DNA from: Chloroflexota bacterium
GTDB lineage: Bacteria; Chloroflexota; UBA11872
NCBI GenBank assembly: GCA_034422315.1
Contig: DAOUJT010000176.1
Location: forward strand, 3,075 to 67,074
Direction of reading: 5' to 3'
DNA: 64,000 nucleotides
The position numbers were made by a program, and so were the translations under genes. Under the pieces are notes generated by a model that saw only the letters and a program-made list of their open reading frames with translations, searched no databases and was not told where the DNA came from. Numbering within the stretch: position 1 is the stretch's first letter; each line of letters starts with the position of its first letter. This document shows positions 1-9,632 of the stretch, in pieces.

Positions 1-1
1 G

Positions 2-3000
2 ACGACGCCCACGACGGTGACGGTGGCCTATGACCCGATGGGAGACGCTGCCTCGTATGACCTCTACGTGCGCGAGCACACGGCCGGGACGTACGGGTCG
101 GACCCGTTGCAGACGCGGGGCGCGTACGAGGCGGGCTTGCAGGCCCGGGTTGTGGCGGCGGAGAAAGCCTTGAGCGCCGAGATCGGCGGCCGCGAGGCGG
201 TGGTGTTCCTGGCGCCGATGGGGGCGCACAACGCGATCGGCTTCGAGGCCTGGCAGGCGGTGGCGCAATGGGCCGTGGTGACGGATGACCAGGGGGTGGC
301 GCAGGCGGTGCGCGACGACACCCCGGCCGGCGACCCGGAGCACACCCAGACCCTGACGAACCTGGCGAGCCGAATCACCACGGCGGCGGCCGCCGACGGC
401 CAGTCGGCCAACCGGGCCACCACCGTGGGCGGCTTGCAGCAGGAGTACCGGGATCTGGGGGCCTACGGGGATATCACCCCCGGCGATGGGCAGACGACGA
501 CCTTCACGCCGGCCCAGCCGCCGGCGGCGCCCAGCTGCACCAACGGCACGGTGATTCCCAGCCCCGCCGCCAACCGCGAGCTGGTCAAGGACTGCGAGAC
601 GCTGTTGGCGGCCAGGGACACGCTGCGGGGCGGCGCCGCGCTGAACTGGGCCACGGGCACCGCGCTCAGCGGCTGGACCGGCGTCAGCACCGGCGGCACG
701 CCGACGCGGGTGACCGGCCTCAGCCTGGCGAGCCAGAGCCTGAGCGGGACGATCCCGCCCCAGATCGGCCACCTCTTCGCCCTCACCACCCTCAACCTCA
801 GCAGCAACCGCCTGACCGGCGCCATCCCGGCCGAGCTCGGCTGGCTGGACCAGCTGACGGAGCTGCGGCTGGCGGGCAACGCGCTCACCGGCTGCCTGCC
901 GCTGGCGCTCACGCGCGTGGCCACCAATGATCTCGGGTCGCTGTCCCTGCCCACCTGCGGGCCGCCGCCGCCGACCGACCTGCGGGCCGGGCCGCCGGGC
1001 GAGACCAGCGTGCCGCTCAGTTGGACTGCGGTGGCCGGCGCCGCGAAATACCGCGTGGAATACCGCGCCAGCGGCACGACGGCCTGGACCGTGGCCGCCG
1101 ACACGCTCACCGGGACGACGCACTCGGTGGCCGACCTCGAATGCGGGACCGCGTACGAGTTCCGGGTCAGCGCCTATGGTGACGGGACCACCCACGGGGC
1201 GGCCTGGGGCGCGCCCTCGGCCGGGCGCACGGTCACGACCGCCGCCTGCGCGCGGTGCGCGCCGCTGGTGGTCGTGAACCCGACGCTGACGCTGGGGGGG
1301 ACCGCCGGCGCCCGCAGCGCGGTGACGGCGACGTGGGCGTATGGCGAGCCGTGCGCCGGCCTGGCGGCGACGCGCTACAGCCTGGAGGTGACCTCGGAGT
1401 ACGCCGACCGCACGCGCGCGAGCCGGGCCTTGCAGGCCCCGGGCGACTCGCCCCATCACTGGGTGGTAGCCCGCGCCCATGCGGGTACCGGCGCGCCGCT
1501 GACGCGCCTGACCTGGACCGCCCTGGATCTGGCCTATGGTCCGGACGGGACGCAGAACGCCAGGATCACGTTTGCCGAGCCGCCCAGCCTCGTCTTTACC
1601 CCGGCGGCGCCGGCCGCCGTGACGGCGGGGACGGCCACGGCGACGAGCGTGCCGCTGACCTGGAACGCCGTAGCCAACGCCAGCACGTACCGCGTCGAAT
1701 CGCGTGTCAGCGGCACCGAGCCCTGGACGGTGGCCGACGAGACCATCACTGCGGCAACGTACACGGTGGAGGGGCTGACCTGCGCCACGGCGTACGAGTT
1801 CCGGGTCAGCGCCTACGGCGACGGCACGACCCTGGCGGCGGCGTGGGGCGAGCCGTCGGCGGTCGTGCCGGCCACGACCGGCGCCTGCCTCCTCCCCGCA
1901 CCCGCGGCGCCGACCAGCCTCGCCGCGGGGACGGTGACGGCGACCAGCGTCCCGCTGACCTGGGACGCGGTGGCCAACGCCGCGACGTACCGCGTCGAGC
2001 ACCGCGTCAGCGGCACCGAGCCCTGGACGGTGGCCGACGAGACCCTTACTGCGGCAACGTACACGGTGGAGGGGTTGACCTGCGGCACGGCGTACGAGTT
2101 CCGCGTCAGCGCCTACGGCGACGGCACAACCTTGGCTGCGACGTGGGGCGAGGCCTCCTCTGCCCTGCCTGTGTCAACCGGCGCCTGTCCGCTCCTCCCC
2201 GCGCCCGCCGCGCCGACCAGCTTGGCCGCCGGCACGGTGACGGCGACCAGCGTGCCGCTGAGCTGGGACGCCGTCCCCAACAGCACGAAATACCGCGTCG
2301 AGCATCGCGCCAGCGGCGAGAAGACCTGGACCACCGATAGCGACACCCTCACGGCGGTGACGCACACAGTGGAGGGGCTGACCTGCGCCACGGCGTATGC
2401 GTTCCGGGTCAGCGCCTACGGCGACGGGACGGCCCTGGCGGCCGCCTGGGGCGCGGCCTCGGGGGCGGTAACGGCCACGACCGGCGCCTGCCCGCCGCCG
2501 CGGCCGGTGACGGTCGCCTTTGGGCAGGCCGCGTACACGGTGCACGAGGGGGCCAGCGTGGAGGTGCGGGTGGTGCTGAGCGCGGCGCTCGGGTACCCGC
2601 TGAGCCTGGCGTTGTCGGCGGGGGGTACGGCCGGGACGGCGGACTACACCGGCGTGCCGCTCAGCATCACGATCGCCGCCGGTGCCACCGCCGCCAGCTT
2701 CCAGGTCACGGCCGTGGCCGACACGGAGGATGACGGCGGGGAGCGCCTGACGCTGAGCCTGACGGAGCGGCCGCCCGGGATCGGCGAGGGCGAGCCGGCG
2801 ACGGCCACGATCACGATCCAGGAGGCGCCGGCCGCGAAGCCGCCGGTGTTCGGAGCGGCCAGCTACGCCTTCCGCGTGGCCGAAGACGCCGCGACGGGGA
2901 CAGCGGTGGGCACGGTGCAAGCGACGGCGGCGACGACGGTGAGCTACGCGATCACGGCCGGCAACGACGCCGGAGCCTTCCAGATCGACGCGGCGAGCGG

Positions 3001-4072
3001 CGCGCTCAGCGTGGCCGGAGCGCTGGACTACGAAACCACCGCGAGCTACGCCCTGACGGTGACGGCGACCAGCAGCGGCGGCGCTGCCACGGTGGCGGTG
3101 GCCATGACCGTCACCAACGTGGCCGACACCGCGCCGCCGGCGCCGACGAGCCTGGCCGTCGGGACGGTGACCGCCACCAGCGTCCCGCTGACCTGGGCCG
3201 CCGTCACGGGCGCCGCCACCTACCGCGTCGAGTCCCGCGCCAGCGGGGCGCAGACCTGGTCGGTGGCCGCCGACACGCTGACCGCCGCGGCCCACACCGT
3301 GGACGGCTTGACCTGCAACACGGCGTATGAGTTCCGGGTCAGCGCCTACGGCGACGGCACGACCCACACCGCCGCCTGGGGCGCGGCCTCCACGGCCGTC
3401 ACGGCCACGACCGGCGCCTGTCCGCTGCCCGCGCCGGCCGCGCCGACCAGCCTGACCGCCGGGACGGTGACGGCGACCAGCGTCCCGCTGACCTGGGCCG
3501 CCGTGGCCAACGCCGCCACGTACCGCGTCGAGTCCCGCGTCGGCAGCACGGCGACCTGGACGGTGGCCGACGACACGCTGACGGGGACGACCCATACGGT
3601 GGACGGCTTGACCTGCCACACGGCCTACGAGTTCCGGGTGAGCGCCTACGGTGACGGGACGACCCGGGCGGCGGCCTGGGGCACGGCCTCCACGGCCGTT
3701 ACCGCCACGACCGGCGCCTGTCCGCCGGCCGACCCGACGGTCGCCTTCGGGCGCGCCTATGCGCGGGTGCGCGAGGGGGCCAGCGTGACCGTGACGGTGC
3801 ACCTGCGCGACGCGCCGGCGGGGACGGTGACGATCCCGCTGACGGTGACGGCCGGAACGGCCGAGGTCAATGAGATCAGCGGCGTGCCGGCCAGCGTGAG
3901 CTTCAGTGCGGGGGCGACCAGCGCCAGCTTCCAGGTGACGGCCGTCGAGGATCAGGTGGTCGAGTCCGCCTCGGAGACGCTCTTTCTGGAGTTCGGCCCG
4001 CTGCCCGCCGGGGTCGTGGCCGGCCAGCCGGCCCGGCACCTGCTCCTGATCGCCGACGCGCCCAGCGGGTGA
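2..4072 (+). CDS. Giant secreted/surface repeat protein, 5'-partial (LRR + six fibronectin-III + two Calx-beta-like + one cadherin-like domain)
   Basis: Track ORF 17..4072. The frame stays open back to nt 2, so the gene probably starts left of the window. LRR run 'LSGTIPPQIGHLFALTTLNLSSNRLTGAIPAELGWL'. Six copies of 'TSVPLTW.AV..A.TYRVE.R.SG..WTV..DTLT..T.TV.GLTC.TAYEFRVSAYGDGTT'. Calx-beta-like 'VAFGQAAYTVHEGASVEV...ASFQVTAVAD'. Cadherin-like 'YAFRVAEDAATGTAVGTV...FQIDAASGALSVAGALDYE'. Confidence 0.85.
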   Translation, partial: TTPTTVTVAYDPMGDAASYDLYVREHTAGTYGSDPLQTRGAYEAGLQARVVAAEKALSAEIGGREAVVFLAPMGAHNAIGFEAWQAVAQWAVVTDDQGVAQAVRDDTPAGDPEHTQTLTNLASRITTAAAADGQSANRATTVGGLQQEYRDLGAYGDITPGDGQTTTFTPAQPPAAPSCTNGTVIPSPAANRELVKDCETLLAARDTLRGGAALNWATGTALSGWTGVSTGGTPTRVTGLSLASQSLSGTIPPQIGHLFALTTLNLSSNRLTGAIPAELGWLDQLTELRLAGNALTGCLPLALTRVATNDLGSLSLPTCGPPPPTDLRAGPPGETSVPLSWTAVAGAAKYRVEYRASGTTAWTVAADTLTGTTHSVADLECGTAYEFRVSAYGDGTTHGAAWGAPSAGRTVTTAACARCAPLVVVNPTLTLGGTAGARSAVTATWAYGEPCAGLAATRYSLEVTSEYADRTRASRALQAPGDSPHHWVVARAHAGTGAPLTRLTWTALDLAYGPDGTQNARITFAEPPSLVFTPAAPAAVTAGTATATSVPLTWNAVANASTYRVESRVSGTEPWTVADETITAATYTVEGLTCATAYEFRVSAYGDGTTLAAAWGEPSAVVPATTGACLLPAPAAPTSLAAGTVTATSVPLTWDAVANAATYRVEHRVSGTEPWTVADETLTAATYTVEGLTCGTAYEFRVSAYGDGTTLAATWGEASSALPVSTGACPLLPAPAAPTSLAAGTVTATSVPLSWDAVPNSTKYRVEHRASGEKTWTTDSDTLTAVTHTVEGLTCATAYAFRVSAYGDGTALAAAWGAASGAVTATTGACPPPRPVTVAFGQAAYTVHEGASVEVRVVLSAALGYPLSLALSAGGTAGTADYTGVPLSITIAAGATAASFQVTAVADTEDDGGERLTLSLTERPPGIGEGEPATATITIQEAPAAKPPVFGAASYAFRVAEDAATGTAVGTVQATAATTVSYAITAGNDAGAFQIDAASGALSVAGALDYETTASYALTVTATSSGGAATVAVAMTVTNVADTAPPAPTSLAVGTVTATSVPLTWAAVTGAATYRVESRASGAQTWSVAADTLTAAAHTVDGLTCNTAYEFRVSAYGDGTTHTAAWGAASTAVTATTGACPLPAPAAPTSLTAGTVTATSVPLTWAAVANAATYRVESRVGSTATWTVADDTLTGTTHTVDGLTCHTAYEFRVSAYGDGTTRAAAWGTASTAVTATTGACPPADPTVAFGRAYARVREGASVTVTVHLRDAPAGTVTIPLTVTAGTAEVNEISGVPASVSFSAGATSASFQVTAVEDQVVESASETLFLEFGPLPAGVVAGQPARHLLLIADAPSG
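1600..2485. repeat. Three tandem ~290-nt FN3-encoding repeats, highly similar at DNA level
   Basis: Long shared nucleotide runs between units, e.g. 'cagcggcaccgagccctggacggtggccgacgagacc' and 'gcggcaacgtacacggtggagggg' occur at about 1710/1990 and 1750/2050. Confidence 0.85.
3135..3720. repeat. Two further tandem FN3-encoding repeats of the same family
   Basis: Protein units 'PAPTSL.VGTVTATSVPLTWAAV.GAATYRVESR...AYEFRVSAYGDGTT' occur twice in tandem. Confidence 0.8.
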
Positions 4073-4807
4073 CCGGCGGGTGGCGTCGCTCGCGCGGGCT
4101 TGACCGGCGGGCCGCCACCAGCCGTCGGCCTGGCCGCTGTGAGATGGTGCTGGGCTCCCGACACCGTCCGGGCCAATTTCGCGGCGGCTTCCGCGTTGCC
4201 GACTGCCCCGAGGACGCCGACGGTCCGCAGCATGGGCGGTGGCTGCCGCGCCGGACCTTGGCTGCCCGACGCGCCCTATCGGCCTGACACCGTGCCACCG
4301 TGAGCTCCTGCGCGAGACGGCGCGGGCTCAGCGCCTCGGCCCAAGGCCCGCGCAACGCCCCGCAGTTCCCAGCCGCGCCCGGCATCGCGTTGGTGATCGT
4401 GCCGTACCTGCCAAAGGACCTATCTGGACGACGCGGTTCTCCAACGTGCCGACGGCTGCCAATCGTCAGGCTGACGCTGCGGTACAACCGGATCGACAGC
4501 TTCTAGTTCTGCCTGCGGCACGAACTGGCCTATGTCGGCCGCTATCTCGACGGCGGTGGGAGTACGATCTTCGTGGGCGACTACTCGCTGCGCCGCAAGA
4601 CGCCTGAGCCGAGGGAGCATTGATTCCTCGTGACGGCTGATCTGCAAGCGCCGTGGCCGCCAAGTCATCCAATGCGGTGTAGGAGCAAGCAGCCTACCGT
4701 GTTTTACGCGACCGTGTTACAGGCGCGCCTGATCAAACTTGACCACTACCGAGACCATTGGGGAACTATTGCGGACTTAGGCATGACCCGGGCATACGCA
4801 AACCCCA

Positions 4808-5045
4808 GCCGGCACCGTCCGAGTCAAAAGCCACCGGATGCTCGCAGAGTTCTTGGCCGGCGCCGGACGGGTGCTGACCAACGAGCACCTCCTGGAGCAG
4901 GTGTGGGGGGAGCGTGGCAGCCGCAGTCGGCGGCTCATATGCACCATCATGCGCAAACTGCGGTTCAAACTGGGCGACGACGCGGGCACCCCACCTACGC
5001 CTTCGCCGAGCCTCGAGTCGGCTTCCGGATGCCCACGGGAAACAG
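4808..5045 (+). pseudogene. Decayed OmpR-type winged-helix (Trans_reg_C) fragment of a response regulator
   Basis: 'RMLAEFLAGAGRVLTNEHLLEQVWGERGS..RLICTIMRKLRFKLGDDAG' (track ORF 4838..5071) continues in another frame as 'HPTYAFAEPRVGFRMP' (track ORF 4630..5202). It is collinear with the C-terminus of the 57633..60005 product ('EYRLLTELSANAGRLMAHGQLRRRVWG...YVKRLRRKLGDDADNPAYIFTKRRVGYWM'). There is no REC domain upstream and at least one frameshift. Confidence 0.75.
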
Positions 5046-5295
5046 AGGCCCGGCCGTGGCTAGATTCCTGAGAGGCATCGAACCGTTCATCAGGAATGAC
5101 GTGCCACACTCGTTAGACGAACCGCTTGACCCATCCGACGGTCTCCAAATCGACGGTCCACGAGCACCGAAGTGTTGCGGGCCGCTTGTGTCCAACGAGT
5201 GAAGGCTCGTGATTCTGTCCAGTTCGGCGGAGCCGGACGGCCGGATCATTGGCTGACGATCGGCCGCGTCCGTTTCTTCTCCGACTCGACCGTGG

Positions 5296-6948
5296 TCATC
5301 CTCCGGGCAAGGCGCAGACGGCTGTCCGGCGACCGGGCGTGCGCCAGACCTGACCGAGCGGTCCGTGCGTCGCCAGCGCCGGCGCGTGGGTGACCCACAG
5401 GGGGACCTGGACGCGTGCCCGCTCCATTTCTTCCTGGGCCACGCGCCGGAAGTGGGTCGCGGCCAGGTCGTCGCGGGCGACGATGAGCACGGCGGGCTGG
5501 ACGCCGTGGTCGTCGGTCGGCTGCGAGTAGGCGTAATAGCGCAGATAGGGGGCGAGGCGGGCCGCCATGGTGGCCGGCCGCACCGCGCGGCGCTCCCACT
5601 CGAGGAAGAACGGCCAGGTGATGCGGCCCTGCCGCAGCACGCCGAAGGCGTCGGGATGCACGGCGCGCCGCGTGTGTCCGTGCCTGAAGTACCGCGACGC
5701 CCGGTGGGGCGGGTCGAGTTGCGCGAGCTCCCAGCCCAGCGCGTGCGCCTGCCGGGTCAGGGCCGCGCTGAAGGCGTGGACGGCGGCGGTGTGCCCGACG
5801 TTGCGGAGCAGCTGGCGACTGCGGGCGCCGGCGACGGTGCGCCAGGTCAGCGGGCGTTCGGCGTCCAGGGGCGCGGCGCTCCAGCGCTTCCTGGCCGCGC
5901 CCACGGCGGCGCGGTCCCGGCGGGCCAGCAGGGCCAGCCCGCGATCGGTCAGGGCCAGGCGGCGGCCGGCGGCGGGGACATGCGTCGCCAGGCCGAACGC
6001 CGCGAGCCTGGTCAGCAGTTGCGACACCCGCGCCGGCGAGACCCCCAGCAGCCCCCGCAGGTCGTCCCGGCTGATCCAGGGCCAGTCGGCGAGCAGGTCG
6101 AGGACGCGCTTCTCGGCGGGCTTCAGCCGGACCGGCAGCAGCCAGTCCGGCGCGTCGTGGTCCGGCGCGTGCCGCTCGATGTCCTCGGGCACGGTCGCCC
6201 GCGTCGGCGCCGGCTCGGCGGGCAGCGCGCCGCCCGGGTCAAGGGCGGCAAGCGCCGACCGCAGGTCGAGGGTTACGCTGACGGTGGGGGGATGCCAGAC
6301 GAGACGGTCAGGGTCGGCCCAGGCCACGTCCTGCTCCAGGGCCAGGAGTGCCGCCAGCGGGGCGTCCGCCAGCCGCCGGCGGGCATGGCGCAGCCGCACC
6401 GCGTCAGGCATGAGCAGGAGGACCCCGCTGAGGCGCGGTCCCTCACGGAGTCGCCAGAGCCGCTTGGCGAAGCCGGTCCGGTCGGCCGTGCGGCCCTGCC
6501 GGATCACGCCGACGGTGCGCCGGTCGGGCAGCGTGACGGCGGCGTCCAGGGGCAGGGCCCGGTACCAGCGGATCCCCGCGGCGCCCTGCAGGGCGGCGAT
6601 GGACGCCGCCAGCCGGGCGATGACCGCCACGGCGTCGAGCCGCGCCAGCAGGATGCGCCGCCACTGGGCGGAGACGGGGTAGGCGCGGAGCACCTCGTCT
6701 ACGCCGATGCCCTCCGCTTTGGCCAGCCGTTGCAGGCCGGCGGCGGTGAGATAGCAACGCCGCGTGGTCCGCAGCCGGTCGGTGGCGTGGGGGAGAGACG
6801 CCGCCAGTCCCCGGCGCTCCAGGGCGGCCACGGCGTCGTAGGCGGAGCGGTCGGACATGCCGGCTACGGCGGCCAGTTCCAGCCGGTCGAGGAAGGGCGT
6901 CGCGGCCAGCCGTCGCAAGGCCTGGAGACGCCGCTTCCCGGAACTCAC
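5296..6948 (-). CDS. Replication-relaxation (Replic_Relax-like) family protein with two winged-helix segments
   Basis: This is the C-terminal half of track ORF 5296..8619. The GTG at 6948 overlaps the upstream stop as GTGA. Family-typical tail 'HTAAVHAF...AVHPDAFGVLRQGRITWPFFLEWERRAVRPATMAARLAPYLRYY'. HTH-like 'ISRDDLRGLLGVSPARVSQLLTRLAAFGL'. Confidence 0.65.
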   Translation of the reverse strand: MSSGKRRLQALRRLAATPFLDRLELAAVAGMSDRSAYDAVAALERRGLAASLPHATDRLRTTRRCYLTAAGLQRLAKAEGIGVDEVLRAYPVSAQWRRILLARLDAVAVIARLAASIAALQGAAGIRWYRALPLDAAVTLPDRRTVGVIRQGRTADRTGFAKRLWRLREGPRLSGVLLLMPDAVRLRHARRRLADAPLAALLALEQDVAWADPDRLVWHPPTVSVTLDLRSALAALDPGGALPAEPAPTRATVPEDIERHAPDHDAPDWLLPVRLKPAEKRVLDLLADWPWISRDDLRGLLGVSPARVSQLLTRLAAFGLATHVPAAGRRLALTDRGLALLARRDRAAVGAARKRWSAAPLDAERPLTWRTVAGARSRQLLRNVGHTAAVHAFSAALTRQAHALGWELAQLDPPHRASRYFRHGHTRRAVHPDAFGVLRQGRITWPFFLEWERRAVRPATMAARLAPYLRYYAYSQPTDDHGVQPAVLIVARDDLAATHFRRVAQEEMERARVQVPLWVTHAPALATHGPLGQVWRTPGRRTAVCALPGG

Positions 6949-9536
6949 GGACCCTTGCCGGTGGGTCCGCGGTCGGTGCCCACCTTCGCGTGCGCGGGGG
7001 TCCGGGAGCGGCGCCTGCGCCGTTTGGGGGCCTTGGGCGCGGCCGGCGTCTCCGGCGGGACGCCGCCCGTCGTCAGGCCCGCCAGTTCCGCCCGGTACCG
7101 CTCCACCCGCTGCTGCGACTCCGGGTCCGCGACGGCGAGCTCCGTGGCCCTGGTGGTGTAGCCCGCGGCGGCGGCGCGGATGCGGGCGGCGGTGTCGGCA
7201 TCGCCGGGCTCGGGTTTGCGCACCAGCATCGAGAAGGCGGGCAGCCGCTCCGTGCCCACCGTGGCCCGCACGTAGCAGTGGTGCACCGGCAGCGACGTGA
7301 CGTCGTCCTCGGACACCCGGTCCTTGCCCAACTCCCAGACCAGCTGGCGGGCGTCGGCCCCGGCCACCTGAAAGACGGCCAGGCAGCCGACGTTGGCCAA
7401 CAGCGTGTCCCGCAGGGTGCGGGAGAGATCGTCCAGCTTGGCCAGGCTCTGGGTGGCCAGCACGAAGCTGGCCCCGAACTTGCCCAACTCGCTGAGCATC
7501 GACTCGTAGTCCACGCCGGGCATGGCCTGCAGCTCGTCCACCACCACCAACACGCCGCGCCGCTGGTCGGGCGGCCGGCGGCCCTGCTCGCGGATCACGG
7601 CGTCCACCAGGTTGAGGAGCGACGCGCCGACCAGGGCGGCCACGTCCCGGCCCGCCGTGCCCTGGGCGGTCGAGACCAAGAGCACGCCGCCGTCCAGGAT
7701 CACCCGGCGCAGGTCGATCGTGGAGCGCGACTGGCCCAGGATGGCGCGGGCGCGCTTGGAGGAGGCGTAGTAGGAGAGGCGGGTCTGGACCGGGGCCAGC
7801 GCCTCGGCCCGGTACTGGCGGTGCCAGGACGCAAAGTCCCGCGCCCACCACTCCAACAGGTAGGGGTCGCTGACCTTGGCCAGCACGCCGCCGCGAAACT
7901 TCCCGTCCCCAAGCAGCCGCAGCCCGTCGAGGATGGTGTACTGGTCGCCCGCGTCCGTGGCGGGGTGCGCGTTGGCCTCGTGCAGGCTCTTGACCAGCTG
8001 CTCCAGGATGGATTGCATCCGGGGACCCCACTGATCCCAGAGGCCGCGGGCGATGCGCACCACTGAGTCCGCCGTGCGGTCGCGGTCGGCGAAGACGCGC
8101 GTGTCGAGCAGGTTGATGCCGGGCGCGCCCGTGGCGTCGGCCAGATCGACGAGGCGCACCGTATCCACGAGGTCCTCGGGGACCTGGGCCAACAGGCTGT
8201 CCACCAGGTCGGCGTGGGGGTCGATCACGACGATGGCGTCGCCGTCGCGCCCGGCGGCCTTTTCGCGCAGCTTGTGCGCGACGAGGTGGTGCATGAGGGT
8301 GGACTTGCCCATGCGGGTGCGGGCCACGTAGAAGTGGTGCCGGCGCAGCAGGTCGGCGGGGAAGCGGATCGGACGGGGGCTGCCCGCCGTGGTGGCGCCC
8401 ACGTGGGCGCCGCCCCTGACGCCGCGGGCCGTGGGGATGAGCGCCCGGGCCCCCGACCGCTCCACGAGGGGCGTCTCGTCGTTGGCGCTCGGCGGGTGCC
8501 ACAGCGACGCCGCCTCCCGGACGCCGAGGACGCTGCGCCGGCCAAAGAGGCCCGGACCGGCCGGATGCAGCAGCGACGGAGTGGGCGCGCCGGGCCGAAC
8601 GTCGCTCGCCATGAAGCACGCGCCGGCCGGGTTGTCGTAATGACCGTAGGCGGCGACCACCGGCGCCACCACCTCCTGCGCGCGCTGGCGTTGGTCCCCC
8701 GGCGGCAGGATGGCGACGACGTGGACCTCAGCCTCGAAGGCGACGCGGGAGACTTTTTCCTGGATCAGCCGTGGGTCGTACGGGCGGGTGCGCGCCCGCT
8801 GCCAGCGCTGCCAGGCCCAGCTCGTCAGGGCCAAGCCAGCGACGACGCCGGCCCCCACCGCAACCGCTGTTCCAGTCTCGCCGGCCTGGACCCAGAGGTA
8901 GCCTCGGAAGGCCGCCAGCGCCACGACGCCGAGGACGGCCATGGTCACGCCGTCGGTGTGCAGGGGCTTGGTCTGGTAGGTATAGGCAGGGTCCTGGCGC
9001 GCCGCGCTCGGCTGCTGGTGGGCCTTGGCCAGATGGGGCGTCGACCAGTCGGGACCCAGGGAGCGCAGCAGGAGTCGGGCTACGACGCGCTCGCCGGGGC
9101 GCAGGGCTGACAGTGCGCCCAGGAGGGCGATGAGCGGGTCCGAGCCCGGGTCCAGCAGGTCGTCGTCGCGGAAGACCCGCAGCGGCACGTACTCGGGGCC
9201 GCTTGCCCGGAGGGTCGTGGACCACGCCTGCTCGCCCTCCGCGAGGCGCAGGGGGTCCTGCGTCGGTGGAATCTCGCGGATGCGGGCCTGCGGATAGTGC
9301 GCGGCGATTTGGCCCCGCACCACCGCGTCGTCGCGGCAGCGGGCCATGAGCGTCACGCCGTCGGCGTCCCCCGCCAGTTCCAGGGCGAAGGGTTCGGGCA
9401 CCGCAATGGACTGGAGGAAGTTCTCCACGCCCAGCAGGGTGCGCTCGCCAGTGCGCGGCGGCGTCACCGCCAGCAGGGCTGGCGCCGGCGCGGCGCGCTG
9501 GCGACCGAACATGATCGTCAAGGGATGGGATGGCAT
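6945..9536 (-). CDS. Type IV secretion coupling-protein-like ATPase (VirD4/TraD/TcpA-like)
   Basis: Two N-terminal TM helices ('VTMAVLGVVALAAFRGYLWV', 'AVAVGAGVVAGLALTSWAW'). Walker A 'ARTRMGKST', Walker B 'VLVVVDELQ', and 'ATQSLAKLD'. Confidence 0.7.
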   Translation of the reverse strand: MPSHPLTIMFGRQRAAPAPALLAVTPPRTGERTLLGVENFLQSIAVPEPFALELAGDADGVTLMARCRDDAVVRGQIAAHYPQARIREIPPTQDPLRLAEGEQAWSTTLRASGPEYVPLRVFRDDDLLDPGSDPLIALLGALSALRPGERVVARLLLRSLGPDWSTPHLAKAHQQPSAARQDPAYTYQTKPLHTDGVTMAVLGVVALAAFRGYLWVQAGETGTAVAVGAGVVAGLALTSWAWQRWQRARTRPYDPRLIQEKVSRVAFEAEVHVVAILPPGDQRQRAQEVVAPVVAAYGHYDNPAGACFMASDVRPGAPTPSLLHPAGPGLFGRRSVLGVREAASLWHPPSANDETPLVERSGARALIPTARGVRGGAHVGATTAGSPRPIRFPADLLRRHHFYVARTRMGKSTLMHHLVAHKLREKAAGRDGDAIVVIDPHADLVDSLLAQVPEDLVDTVRLVDLADATGAPGINLLDTRVFADRDRTADSVVRIARGLWDQWGPRMQSILEQLVKSLHEANAHPATDAGDQYTILDGLRLLGDGKFRGGVLAKVSDPYLLEWWARDFASWHRQYRAEALAPVQTRLSYYASSKRARAILGQSRSTIDLRRVILDGGVLLVSTAQGTAGRDVAALVGASLLNLVDAVIREQGRRPPDQRRGVLVVVDELQAMPGVDYESMLSELGKFGASFVLATQSLAKLDDLSRTLRDTLLANVGCLAVFQVAGADARQLVWELGKDRVSEDDVTSLPVHHCYVRATVGTERLPAFSMLVRKPEPGDADTAARIRAAAAGYTTRATELAVADPESQQRVERYRAELAGLTTGGVPPETPAAPKAPKRRRRRSRTPAHAKVGTDRGPTGKGP

Positions 9537-9632
9537 GGTGCGATGCCTGCCTTTCGTCGTCTGCGCCTCGGTGAGATGTCGTGCCGCGCCCCGCGTCGGT
9601 CGCGACGGGTATGCGGATGAGCGCCGGTCGGC

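Noticed and set aside
2174-4039. 621-aa minus-strand ORF, plus similar long ORFs at 5365..7161, 8728..10086, 9762..11060, 12171..14456, 13123..14244, 20196..21542, 24662..26074, 26117..27850, 51995..54655, 57912..58865 and 58947..60347
   Set aside because: These are antisense or alternative-frame shadows of well-supported genes. Their composition is extremely R/G/P/A-rich with no recognisable motifs, which is typical of 70%-GC DNA.
4069-4807. Several 60-190-aa ORFs on both strands between the surface-protein gene and the response-regulator fragment
   Set aside because: They are mutually overlapping and low-complexity (R/P/A-rich), with no RBS and no motifs. I treat the stretch as non-coding or decayed DNA.
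5296-8619. 1107-aa ORF in the track
   Set aside because: Only its C-terminal 550 codons (5296..6948) look like a real protein. The N-terminal half is an Arg/Pro/Gly-rich alternative frame of the coupling-protein gene 6945..9536, which has clear Walker motifs.
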